DNA from: Dehalococcoidales bacterium
GTDB taxonomy: Bacteria > Chloroflexota > Dehalococcoidia > Dehalococcoidales > UBA2162
Assembly: GCA_034432095.1 (NCBI GenBank)
Contig: DAOUCV010000026.1
Location: 24,657 to 88,656, forward strand
Length of the DNA stretch: 64,000 bases
Direction: 5' to 3'
The translations under genes were made by a program, and so were the position numbers. The notes under the pieces were generated by a model. The model ran no database searches. It saw only the letters and a program-made list of their open reading frames with translations, and had not been told where the DNA came from. Shown here one piece after another: positions 46,594-55,278 of the stretch; within the stretch, counting starts at the first letter, position 1; every line of letters starts with the position of its first letter.

Positions 46594-46848
46594 ATGCCAG
46601 AGGTAGAAATCGGAAGGGTGTCTGATTTCTTCGCCAGACCGGTGGTAGCCGGCATTGAGCTAACAGCACCTCTGAAAGTGGGTGATAGAATCCATATTGT
46701 GGGTCATACCACTGATATGGAGTTGACCGTTGAGTCAATGCAGATTAACAACGTAGATGTCAAGTCGGCTAAAGCCGGGGATGCTGTTGGCGTTAAGGTC
46801 AGCGACAGGGTAAGGCGGGGAGACAAAGTCTATAAGGTTGCTGCCTAA
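46594..46848 (+). CDS. small stand-alone EF-Tu domain-2-like beta-barrel protein
   Basis: 84 aa. The pattern GRVSDFF...VAGIELTAPLKVGDRIHI...SMQINNVDVKSAKAGDAVGVKV...RGDKVY resembles translation-factor domain II. AAGGAGGGGG RBS. Confidence 0.55.
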   Translation: MPEVEIGRVSDFFARPVVAGIELTAPLKVGDRIHIVGHTTDMELTVESMQINNVDVKSAKAGDAVGVKVSDRVRRGDKVYKVAA

Positions 46849-46990
46849 AGCCCATCATATCCGTATCCCTTAAATCGTCTCTAAAGGCTGCTGAGAAATC
46901 CCCCGGGAGCTTTTGGCTAATGGTTGACGTTCATTATGAGGGTTTTAGGTCGCAATGCGGGAAAAGTGTTTTTCAGCACCCCGTCAGTAA

Positions 46991-47458
46991 CTAGTCAATC
47001 CTTTTGAGCAGGTTAGCCATTTCAATGGCATCAACCGCAGCATTGAAGCCCCTGTTTCCGGCTTTAGTCCCTGCCCGCTCAATAGCCTGTTCCAGAGTAT
47101 CCGCCGTGATTACGCCATAGATGACTGGCATTCCTGTCTCCAGACCTACCTTAGCAATGCCCTTGCTAACCTCAGCCGCAACATATTCAAAATGGGGCGT
47201 TGCCCCACGAACCACCGCGCCAAGACAGATAATAGCGTGATACTTCTTGCTTTCAGCCAGTTTTTTGGCGACTAGCGGAATCTCGAAGGCGCCCGGCACC
47301 CAGGCGATATCTATATCCTCCTGGCTAACATCGTGGCGAAGGAGAGCATCTTGTGCCCCCTCCAGCAGTTTCTTAGTGATAAACTCGTTGAAACGGGAGA
47401 CAACCACCCCAAATTTTAGCCCTTTCCCAACCAACACACCTTCAAAAATCTGGCTCAT
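46991..47458 (-). CDS. ribH: 6,7-dimethyl-8-ribityllumazine synthase
   Basis: 155 aa lumazine synthase ([35 protein letters not shown]). Confidence 0.95.
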   Translation of the reverse strand: MSQIFEGVLVGKGLKFGVVVSRFNEFITKKLLEGAQDALLRHDVSQEDIDIAWVPGAFEIPLVAKKLAESKKYHAIICLGAVVRGATPHFEYVAAEVSKGIAKVGLETGMPVIYGVITADTLEQAIERAGTKAGNRGFNAAVDAIEMANLLKRID

Positions 47459-47469
47459 AACTTCCTCCT

Positions 47470-48711
47470 TTATTTCTCGTCACCATCCGGGATTTCAATA
47501 AGGTGACCCAGTTTTTTCTTCTTTGTCTTCAGATAATTGATGTTATGCGGGTTGGGAGTAGCAAGGATAGGTACCTGTTCCACAACCCTCAGCCCATAAC
47601 CCTCAAAACCGATTATCTTTTTAGGATTGTTGGTAAGAAACCTGATTTCGTGCAAGCCTAGGTCAACCAGAATCTGGGCACCGATACCATAGTCCCGCAG
47701 GTCGGGAGCAAATCCTAAAGAGAGGTTAGCCTCGACGGTATCCAGCCCCTTGTCCTGAAGGGCATAGGCACGAAGCTTGTTATGGAAGCCGATGCCCCGA
47801 CCTTCCTGCCGCATATAAAGGAAAACACCCCGTCCTTCTTTAGCGATACTCTGCATCGCCAGGGCAACCTGCTCACCGCAATCACAACGCAGACTGCCAA
47901 ACACGTCGCCGGTAAGACACTCGCTATGGACACGGACTAGCACTGGTTCCCGAGTAGATATGTCGCCCATAACCAGAGCGAGGTGTTCATCAGGGTCAAT
48001 ATCGCTCTTATAGGCAATGGCGATGAACTCGCCATATCTGGTGGGGAGCCTGGCCTCGGCAACCCGGTGCACCAGCTTCTCATGGCGACGGCGATAAGCA
48101 ATAAGGTCAGCCACGCTGACAATCTTAAGCCCCCACTTCTCAGCCATTTTCTCCAGTTGAGGTAGCCGCGCCATGGTGCCGTCTTCATTCATGATCTCGC
48201 AGATGACTCCCGCCGGGTAAAGTCCCGCCAGCCTCGCTAGGTCAACCACAGCTTCGGTGTGCCCCGCCCGCACCAGAACACCACCATCACGGGCTCGCAG
48301 GGGGAACATATGTCCCGGCCGAGCTAAATCCTCTGGCTTCGTGGCTGGGTCAATCAGCACCCTTACCGTTTCTGCCCGGTCAGCGGCGGAAATACCGGTG
48401 CTCACTCTGTGCTTGGCTTCAACAGAGACAGTGAAAGCAGTGGAGTACTTTGAGGTATTTTCGCTCACCATCATAGGAATCTTCAGCTCATCCAGCCGTT
48501 TACCCGTAAGCGGCACACAAATCAATCCCCTGGCGTGGGTTGCCATGAAGTTGATAGCTTCAGGGGTCACCTTCTCGGCAGCCATAATCAGGTCGCCTTC
48601 GTTTTCCCTGTCCTCGTCATCAACGATGATGACAAACTTACCTGCCTTTATATCCTCAATCGCCTGTTCAATCGTGGCTAACCCCATACTTGCCCTCTCT
48701 CCTTCAAGCAA
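47470..48711 (-). CDS. ribBA: bifunctional 3,4-dihydroxy-2-butanone-4-phosphate synthase / GTP cyclohydrolase II
   Basis: DHBP synthase N-half ([11 protein letters not shown]) and GCH-II C-half ([19 protein letters not shown]). An internal ATG at 48687 is an alternative start. Confidence 0.95.
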   Translation of the reverse strand: MLEGERASMGLATIEQAIEDIKAGKFVIIVDDEDRENEGDLIMAAEKVTPEAINFMATHARGLICVPLTGKRLDELKIPMMVSENTSKYSTAFTVSVEAKHRVSTGISAADRAETVRVLIDPATKPEDLARPGHMFPLRARDGGVLVRAGHTEAVVDLARLAGLYPAGVICEIMNEDGTMARLPQLEKMAEKWGLKIVSVADLIAYRRRHEKLVHRVAEARLPTRYGEFIAIAYKSDIDPDEHLALVMGDISTREPVLVRVHSECLTGDVFGSLRCDCGEQVALAMQSIAKEGRGVFLYMRQEGRGIGFHNKLRAYALQDKGLDTVEANLSLGFAPDLRDYGIGAQILVDLGLHEIRFLTNNPKKIIGFEGYGLRVVEQVPILATPNPHNINYLKTKKKKLGHLIEIPDGDEK

Positions 48712-48712
48712 A

Positions 48713-49342
48713 CTAACTCACCATGAAGCCGTGCTCCTGTAAGAAATCAGCGGTTATGCCCGTGCGGCGAGTTTGGCTGAGTTGCTCGACATACTTGGCA
48801 ATAATATCCACCTCCAGATTAACTGAGTCACCTACCTGCCGGTTACCCAGAGTGGTGTGCTGGCGGGTGTAATCAACAACAGAGACCTGAAACGAGCTGG
48901 TATCCTTAGCCGCCACCGTTAGACTAACCCCATCCACAGCAATAAAACCTTTCTCCACGATATAGCGCATCACCCCGGGAGGAGCTTCAAATCTAACCAC
49001 CATTGCCTCGCCATCCCACCTGATAGAGGCTACTCTTCCGGTAGCGTCTATATGACCTTGAACCAAATGTCCCCCCAGAAGTCCGCCAAGAGGCAGAGGT
49101 CGCTCCAGGTTAACTCTATCACCTGCGGAAAGTAGCCCGAGATTAGACCGTTTCAATGTCTCTGGCATCATGTCAACAGCAAAGGAACCGGTGTCAAGAC
49201 CGGTTATGGTCAGGCATACTCCGTTAACAGCGATGCTCCCGCCTGGCTCCAAACCCTGGAGAACCTTGCTGGCGGTAATAACCAGCCTTCCCGGCCGTAC
49301 TGAATTAACCGTACCAACCTCTTCTATAATCCCGGTGAACAT
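48713..49342 (-). CDS. ribE: riboflavin synthase alpha chain
   Basis: [11 protein letters not shown]-terminus and the duplicated lumazine-binding repeat. Confidence 0.95.
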   Translation of the reverse strand: MFTGIIEEVGTVNSVRPGRLVITASKVLQGLEPGGSIAVNGVCLTITGLDTGSFAVDMMPETLKRSNLGLLSAGDRVNLERPLPLGGLLGGHLVQGHIDATGRVASIRWDGEAMVVRFEAPPGVMRYIVEKGFIAVDGVSLTVAAKDTSSFQVSVVDYTRQHTTLGNRQVGDSVNLEVDIIAKYVEQLSQTRRTGITADFLQEHGFMVS

Positions 49343-49377
49343 CCAGACTCCCTAATTCGGACTGAACAATATCGTTT

Positions 49378-50472
49378 TCAGCGGTTTTTAACATATCCGC
49401 TGACCATCAAGTCTTCACCAAACGTCTCTACCCTGATACGCTCCAGTCTGATAGCATCCACCACTTTATCAACCCCTTTACCAGCAACCGCCGTCTTGGC
49501 TTCCGCCCCGCCAAGGATAATCGGGGCGATAAAAGCAATCACCTTATCTACCAGCCCACGGTCAAACAAGGAACCAAGCAGAATCCCCCCGCCTTCCACT
49601 AAAACACTGGTAATTCCCCGCTCCCCCAATGCCTTTAGCAACTTTTCTAAATCTAGCAGCCCCTGTTCTGAGGGCAATTCTAACACCTCGGCACCAGCCT
49701 CTCTAAAAGCTTTTTTCTTCTCCGGTTCGACCGGCTTGCCCAATGCCAGGAGCGCTTTACCTGGCTCGTTAAATACGTGCGCCATTGCCGAAGTCCGCCC
49801 CCTGCCATCAACAATTACCCGGAGTGGTTGCTTTTTTGCCTCTCCTCCTTTGCCAGCACACCGGCAGGTGAGGCGGGGGTTATCAGTAATAACGGTATTG
49901 GCTCCAGCCATAATAGCATCAGTGATATACCGCAGATAATGGACATACTTCCTCGCCTCACTGCCACTAATCCACTCAGAGTCACCACTCTTAGTGGCAA
50001 TCTTCCCATCCAGGCTTACGGCAAACTTAGCCGTAACGAAAGGCATTCCAGTGGTAATAAATTTGATATAGGCTTCGTTAATCTCTCTAGCCTCTTCCTC
50101 ATGTTCCCCCACATAAGTCTTAATGCCTTCCTTCTCCAGTTCGTCTTCCCCCTTTCCTGAGACCAGAGGATTCGGGTCAAGCATCGCCAGATGGACCTCA
50201 GAGACGCCGGCCTCTATGATTGCCTTAGTGCATGGTGGAGTGCGACCGTAGTGGCAGCACGGCTCCAGAGTAACATACATCACGCCCCCCCGGGCCTTTT
50301 CCCCCGCCTGTTTTAGAGCCATTACCTCAGCATGCCAGGAGCCCGGTGGTTGTGTGTAGCCCTGCCCGACAACTCTGCCGTCTTTAACCACCAGCGCTCC
50401 CACCGCCGGGTTGGGGCTGACCTGACCCAACGCCAGCTTAGCCAAGGACAGCGCCTGCTTCATGTAGTCCAT
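49378..50472 (-). CDS. ribD: bifunctional diaminohydroxyphosphoribosylaminopyrimidine deaminase / 5-amino-6-(5-phosphoribosylamino)uracil reductase
   Basis: CMP/dCMP deaminase zinc motif (HAEVMAL ... PCCHYGRTPPC) and a C-terminal RibD reductase domain. Confidence 0.95.
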   Translation of the reverse strand: MDYMKQALSLAKLALGQVSPNPAVGALVVKDGRVVGQGYTQPPGSWHAEVMALKQAGEKARGGVMYVTLEPCCHYGRTPPCTKAIIEAGVSEVHLAMLDPNPLVSGKGEDELEKEGIKTYVGEHEEEAREINEAYIKFITTGMPFVTAKFAVSLDGKIATKSGDSEWISGSEARKYVHYLRYITDAIMAGANTVITDNPRLTCRCAGKGGEAKKQPLRVIVDGRGRTSAMAHVFNEPGKALLALGKPVEPEKKKAFREAGAEVLELPSEQGLLDLEKLLKALGERGITSVLVEGGGILLGSLFDRGLVDKVIAFIAPIILGGAEAKTAVAGKGVDKVVDAIRLERIRVETFGEDLMVSGYVKNR

Positions 50473-50481
50473 ACTACCGCC

Positions 50482-50511
50482 ATTCTAGCACTACCCTTAA
50501 AAAAAGTGCAA
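50482..50511 (-). promoter_or_regulatory. promoter candidate TTGCAC-18-TAGAAT for the rib operon, near-leaderless
   Basis: On the - strand: TTGCAC (50511-50506), 18 nt spacer, TAGAAT (50487-50482). The ribD ATG (50472) begins 9 nt after the -10 with no SD. Confidence 0.35.
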
Positions 50512-50532
50512 CAAAAGTCAATGAGTTTTGTT

Positions 50533-50761
50533 TATCAACCCATCCCCCTGAGGCACCCGGAAAAATCTTTGATTTTTCCGGGAACCCGCCTAACCCCCTT
50601 CCCTTATTAAGGGAAGGGGGAAGCTTTTTGAAAAGGGGCTGACGCCCCTCTTAAACACCTCAAAAATATAGGGAGAGTTAAAGAGAGGCAAAGCCTCTCT
50701 TATATAACTAATTCCCTTTCCCCTTAATAAGGGGAAGGGGATACAGGGGATAGGGTTACTA
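50533..50761. repeat. MITE-like multi-hairpin intergenic element, copy L2 (229 bp)
   Basis: Termini: TATCAACCCATCCCCCT (50533-50549) and AGGGGATAGGGTTACTA (50745-50761). Hairpins: CCCGGAAAAATC/GATTTTTCCGGG, CCCCCTTCCCTT-ATT-AAGGGAAGGGGG (50594-50620), AGAGAGGC-AAA-GCCTCTCT (50682-50700), and 50714-50740. Confidence 0.75.
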
Positions 50762-50862
50762 AAAAATCTAAGAGGGTGAGGTTGATGGACAATCTTGTTA
50801 ACTCGTTAGTAGGAATGGGAATAAATAGAGTATAATTACAACTGGACTCGAAAAGGCAACCA

Positions 50863-51420
50863 ATGAAAACTATTTTTCGTAACACCTTCTTCAGTGATAC
50901 CCTGACAATACTCATCATAGCGGCAGTAGTTGCCGTCGGGCTTCAAGCCGTAGTCCAGAAATTCGCCGTAAAAGGTCACAGCATGGACCTTACTCTTGAA
51001 CACAAACAACAGTTAATAGTCAATAAAGTCGTTTATAAATTTCATCAGCCGGAAAGGGGCGATATCATCATATTCCATTCCCCTTTTGAGGAAGAGGAGT
51101 GGGTCAAGCGTATCATCGGCTTACCCGGTGAATCAGTTGAGATAAAAGACGGGAAAGTTTATATTCATAAGAAAGATGGCACGGTGTTGCCATTAGATGA
51201 GCCTTACGTCACCAGACCAGCCACAGAACCTTTCAGGGGGGGAGTAATTCCAGAAAACCAATACTTTGTCATGGGTGACAACCGCACCGGTAGCAGTGAT
51301 TCTCGCAATGGCTGGACACTACCACAGAAGAACATCATCGGTAAAGCCTGGTTATCAATCTGGCCGCCACATAAATGGGGACTGGTGCCTCACTACTCCT
51401 TTGAAGAGCCAGCAAAATAA
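50863..51420 (+). CDS. lepB: signal peptidase I
   Basis: N-terminal TM helix, catalytic GHSM box, RGDIIIF, KRIIGLPGE, GDNRTGSSDSR. Confidence 0.9.
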   Translation: MKTIFRNTFFSDTLTILIIAAVVAVGLQAVVQKFAVKGHSMDLTLEHKQQLIVNKVVYKFHQPERGDIIIFHSPFEEEEWVKRIIGLPGESVEIKDGKVYIHKKDGTVLPLDEPYVTRPATEPFRGGVIPENQYFVMGDNRTGSSDSRNGWTLPQKNIIGKAWLSIWPPHKWGLVPHYSFEEPAK

Positions 51421-51430
51421 CAATTCCGTT

Positions 51431-52447
51431 TTAGTCTTCTTTCACCAGCTTTACTCTAGGCTTGACTGTTTTATTAATGACATTCTTGGGCCACCGTCCG
51501 CTGAGCACCCGGGCAACTTCCTGAGCGGGGTTTACCGGTTGCAGGTCTAAGGCGGCATCTGAGTAGGAAGCGGTGTGGGGCAGAGTCACAACATTGTCCA
51601 TCTTAAGCAGGGGATTGTCGGGTTCAACGGGCTCCTTTTCAAAAACATCCAGCCCGGCCCCGGCGAGCCGCTTTTCGCTGAGGGCCTTGATGAGAGCTGC
51701 CTCATCGATGACGCTACCCCGGGATGTGTTGATAAGATAGGCGGTTGGTTTCATCTGTTTGAATTCCCTCTCTCCAATCAGATGATATGTTTCCGCATTT
51801 AAGGGGGTGTGAACTGAGACAAAATCCGATTCCTTTAGTAGCTCAGGCAGGCTCATCAGGGTTATCCCGTACTCCTCAGCCAGGGGTCTAGCCAGGTAAG
51901 GGTCATAGCCTAACGTCCTCATGCCAAAGCATTGCGCTTTCTTGGCCGTCATTCGCCCAATGGCGCCACAGCCTACCAGCCCCAGAGTTTGCCCATGAAT
52001 CGGCACCATCGGTGACAGAACTCGTCTGGACTCCATCCAGCGACCCTGTTTGGTCAGGTCATTTAACAAAGTCAGCTTCTTAGCACAGGCAAGAAGCAGG
52101 GCGATGGCGTGGTTGGAGACCTCCTCAACGCACCAGTATGAGGCAGGGTTATTGACCACAATGATGCCATTATCAGTGGCAGCATCAACATCAATTCCAT
52201 CAAAACCAACGGAATAAGTGACGATTACCTTGCATTTGGGTAACGCCTCGATAACCCGGCGGGTGAGCAGGTGTCCCCCCAGTATGGCATCGGCATCCTT
52301 AGCCACGGCAATTAGCTCGTCCTCAGTTCGGCATCTAGCTTCCACTACTTCAGCGTCAACATTAAACCGAGCCAGCTCCCGGCGCTCTATTTCCATGGAG
52401 CCACCTTTCAATTTGGCGAACCCCACAACTTTATATTTACTTGCCAT
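51431..52447 (-). CDS. D-isomer-specific 2-hydroxyacid dehydrogenase (CtBP/PGDH family)
   Basis: NAD-binding GLVGCGAIGR and catalytic-region motifs (NTSRG, TLPHTAS). Confidence 0.85.
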   Translation of the reverse strand: MASKYKVVGFAKLKGGSMEIERRELARFNVDAEVVEARCRTEDELIAVAKDADAILGGHLLTRRVIEALPKCKVIVTYSVGFDGIDVDAATDNGIIVVNNPASYWCVEEVSNHAIALLLACAKKLTLLNDLTKQGRWMESRRVLSPMVPIHGQTLGLVGCGAIGRMTAKKAQCFGMRTLGYDPYLARPLAEEYGITLMSLPELLKESDFVSVHTPLNAETYHLIGEREFKQMKPTAYLINTSRGSVIDEAALIKALSEKRLAGAGLDVFEKEPVEPDNPLLKMDNVVTLPHTASYSDAALDLQPVNPAQEVARVLSGRWPKNVINKTVKPRVKLVKED

Positions 52448-52474
52448 CGGCTTTACCCTCCTGTCTGGTTTATC

Positions 52475-53554
52475 TTAAAGGTCGTATTCAATGCCCAATT
52501 CCTTGGCTAAATCCCTAAGCGAAGTGATTATGGTAGGATGTAGTGGAATACCATCCCTCCGCCTTTGCTTTTCTATTTCATACTCAACCTCGCCAGGCAG
52601 GTAGATTCTGTCCACGCCTGCTGCCCTGGGCAAAGCCCGGTACTCCCTTATCATCTCATCCATTCTTTTCTTGAATTCGTCGGCGGGCATAAAACCATCG
52701 ATGCGGAGGGCGCCGAAGAAATGACTGCCTGCCATTTGAGTAGTGGCCAGCGAGCCGGAAAGGATTCTACAAAGGATATCCACCGCGATGGCTAAACCAA
52801 AGCCCTTATACGCCCCCGTCTGCGGCGTTCCACCCAGGGGCAGTAAGGCACTTCCCTCCTGGTAGTACCGGCGCGGGTCGGTTACTGGCTTCCCTTCCTT
52901 GTCCACTGCCCAGCCCTCCGGCAGGGTCCTGCCTTCCCGCATGGCTATCTCTATCTTGCCCGCCGCTACTACCGTTGTCGCCATATCAAGGACGAATGGG
53001 GCTTCTTCCTTGGCGGGAGCAGCAATACTTATCACGTTAATCGTGACCCCCCGACCGACGCTCCCCGGGGCGACCATGCCCTTGCCACCTACTGTCATAG
53101 ATATCCCAATCATATCGCGGGATAGAGCCATCATGGCGTAGTTACCACCAGCGCCGAAGTGGGTACTGTTGCGAACGGACACAAAACCGGCGCCCGTTGT
53201 CTCCGCCCGGCGCATCGCCTCCATCATTGCCCGGTAGCCGACGACGAAGCCCAGACCCTGGTCACCGTCCATAATTGCCGTAGCTGGAGCCTGGCTGAAA
53301 ATCTTCGTCTTGGGCTTCGGATTAGTCCGCCCTTCCCTTATGCCCCTGATGTACATTGAGGCTAGATGGGCAACGCCGTGGGAGTCTATGCCCCTGAGGT
53401 CTGTAGTTACCAGTATACTGGCTGTTATCCGTGCATCCTCTTCCGGGACGCCCACCTTCTGTAGCGCCCTGATGGTAAAATTGGTCAGCTTTTCGGCATC
53501 AACGGTACCGCTTCTTGCCACCATTAACTTTCCCTTTCTATCCCAATGTTTCAA
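52475..53554 (-). CDS. Ldh_2 family oxidoreductase (malate / L-sulfolactate / ureidoglycolate dehydrogenase type)
   Basis: 359 aa. GIDSHGV, NSTHFGA and related motifs are characteristic of the Ldh_2 fold. The start is uncertain (M1 or M11). Confidence 0.8.
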   Translation of the reverse strand: MKHWDRKGKLMVARSGTVDAEKLTNFTIRALQKVGVPEEDARITASILVTTDLRGIDSHGVAHLASMYIRGIREGRTNPKPKTKIFSQAPATAIMDGDQGLGFVVGYRAMMEAMRRAETTGAGFVSVRNSTHFGAGGNYAMMALSRDMIGISMTVGGKGMVAPGSVGRGVTINVISIAAPAKEEAPFVLDMATTVVAAGKIEIAMREGRTLPEGWAVDKEGKPVTDPRRYYQEGSALLPLGGTPQTGAYKGFGLAIAVDILCRILSGSLATTQMAGSHFFGALRIDGFMPADEFKKRMDEMIREYRALPRAAGVDRIYLPGEVEYEIEKQRRRDGIPLHPTIITSLRDLAKELGIEYDL

Positions 53555-53640
53555 GTAATAGATTATGTCTTCTCCCCAAACACTCTGTCAAATGTCTGTC
53601 GTGTATGATTGTGATAAAATGTTCGCAAACTCAGGAGAAA

Positions 53641-54990
53641 ATGATTATTAAAAATAAGCATGAGCTTTCTACCACCGAATTAAGAAGGCAAGCTCTGGAT
53701 ATTATTGAAGCCGGTATTGCCCGGGTGCTCCCTCCAGCGGTTATGAAATCCGCCATCAGCTATGACCCGGCGGGGAAAACCCTGACCGTAAATGATGATA
53801 CTTATGATATCTCCAGGGGCAGGCTCTTTGTTATCGGAGGGGGGAAAGCATCAGCCCTTATGGCAGAGACCCTGGAAAGCATCCTGACGCCCGAGAATAT
53901 ATCAGCCGGTGTTGTCACGTGTAATTCTAGGAGCAGCGGTTACCGGACAAGCAAAATAAGAATAGTAGAGGCCGGTCACCCGGTGCCAGACCAGAGAGGA
54001 CTTAACGGCGTAAAACAGATGCTGGCTCTCAAAGACCGCTACTGGATAAATGAAGATGATTTGGTGATATGTCTAATTTCAGGTGGAGGTTCCGCCCTGA
54101 TGCCCTGTCCGGCTGACGGAATAACCCTAAAAGACAAGCAGAGATTAACCGAACTATTGTTAGGCTGTGGCGCTCCGATAGATGAAATCAATTCAGTAAG
54201 AAAACACCTCTCTAAGACGAAGGGCGGAAGGTTAGGTAGTTTCTATTCACCAGCGACTGTTGTCTCTCTGATACTATCTGATGTAATTGGCAACGACCTA
54301 GGTGTCATTGCCTCCGGTCCAACATGCCCGGATTCTTCCACTTTTTCCGATGCCTATAATGTGTTAGCAAAATACGACTTATTATCGAGGGTGCCCGAAA
54401 GAGTCATCACCCTCTTAAAGAGGGGTTGCCGGGGCGAGGTAGAAGAGACTCCCAAAACTCTGGATAACTGCCGTAACTACATCATTGGCGATAACAGACT
54501 GGCTCTAGAAGCCATGGCAGAAAAGGCGAAGGAAAAGGGGCTCGCTCCTTGTATCGTTACTGCCGAGCAGAAAGGCGACACCGCTACGATAGCCCGGCTC
54601 AGAGCCGGGGAGATATTGGGCGCAAGATATACCGGCTATGACATAGTCCTTATCGGCGGTGAGACCACACCAAAATTGCCCGATAAAGCGGGCAAGGGAG
54701 GTCGGAATCAACACTACGCCGCCGTATCTATGGTGGCGATGAAAGAATATAATGGGGAATGGGCTTTAGCCAGTGTTGGCACAGACGGCTCGGATTTCCT
54801 GCCCGACGTGGCTGGCGCCATTGTCGATAATAACTCCCTGGATACTGCAAAAAGCAAAGGAATAGATGTGAAATCATACCTTGACCGGTACGACAGCCAC
54901 ACACTACTAAGGGAAATTGGCACATCTCTCATCGTAACCGGCAACACCGGCACCAATGTTGGCGATGTTATCGTGTATGTCTTAAAATGA
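53641..54990 (+). CDS. glycerate 2-kinase / hydroxypyruvate reductase-like (DUF4147 + MOFRL) protein
   Basis: 449 aa. GGGKAS, LISGGGSALM and C-terminal MOFRL (GTDGSD ... TGNTGTNVGD). AGGAG RBS before ATG 53641. The longer ORF overlaps the divergent gene. Confidence 0.8.
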   Translation: MIIKNKHELSTTELRRQALDIIEAGIARVLPPAVMKSAISYDPAGKTLTVNDDTYDISRGRLFVIGGGKASALMAETLESILTPENISAGVVTCNSRSSGYRTSKIRIVEAGHPVPDQRGLNGVKQMLALKDRYWINEDDLVICLISGGGSALMPCPADGITLKDKQRLTELLLGCGAPIDEINSVRKHLSKTKGGRLGSFYSPATVVSLILSDVIGNDLGVIASGPTCPDSSTFSDAYNVLAKYDLLSRVPERVITLLKRGCRGEVEETPKTLDNCRNYIIGDNRLALEAMAEKAKEKGLAPCIVTAEQKGDTATIARLRAGEILGARYTGYDIVLIGGETTPKLPDKAGKGGRNQHYAAVSMVAMKEYNGEWALASVGTDGSDFLPDVAGAIVDNNSLDTAKSKGIDVKSYLDRYDSHTLLREIGTSLIVTGNTGTNVGDVIVYVLK

Positions 54991-55010
54991 GTCAGCTCGA
55001 CATAGAAATT

Positions 55011-55246
55011 TATCAACCTCACCCCCCTAGCCCCCTCTCCTTAAAAGGAGAGGGGGAGTTAAATTAAAAGAGGGGCGTTAGCCCCTCTTAGACTCCCCCT
55101 CCAGTTCGAATCCAGCTTGCTCTAGCTAAATACCTGAAAAGTGGGCAACGGGTGTTTAGAGGGGGGCGCTAAAGCGCCCCCCTCTTTTAAAAACTTCCCC
55201 CTTCCCCTTAAAAAGGGGAGGGGGATAAAGGGGGATGGGGTTAATA
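55011..55246. repeat. MITE-like multi-hairpin intergenic element, copy L3 (236 bp)
   Basis: Termini: TATCAACCTCACCCCCCT (55011-55028) and AGGGGGATGGGGTTAATA (55229-55246), 15/18 complementary. Hairpins: CCCCCTCTCC-TTAAAA-GGAGAGGGGG (55031-55056), AAGAGGGGC-GTTA-GCCCCTCTT (55068-55089), a perfect 12-bp AGAGGGGGGCGC-TAAA-GCGCCCCCCTCT followed by TTTT (55158-55189), and 55197-55224. Confidence 0.75.
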
Positions 55247-55278
55247 AAAACCATAAGTCCGGTAAGAGAGTTATGAAC

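Noticed and set aside
50473-50862. FMN (RFN) riboswitch upstream of ribD
   Set aside because: Reading the minus strand upstream of ribD gives none of the conserved RFN core segments. The region is occupied by a promoter-like sequence and repeat L2. This needs cmsearch for formal exclusion.
55103-55113. tRNA-like T-loop sequence AGTTCGAATCC inside repeat L3
   Set aside because: The flanking bases (CCAG...CCAG) cannot form a T-stem, and no acceptor, D or anticodon arms can be drawn. It is not a tRNA gene. At most it is a coincidental or eroded fragment.
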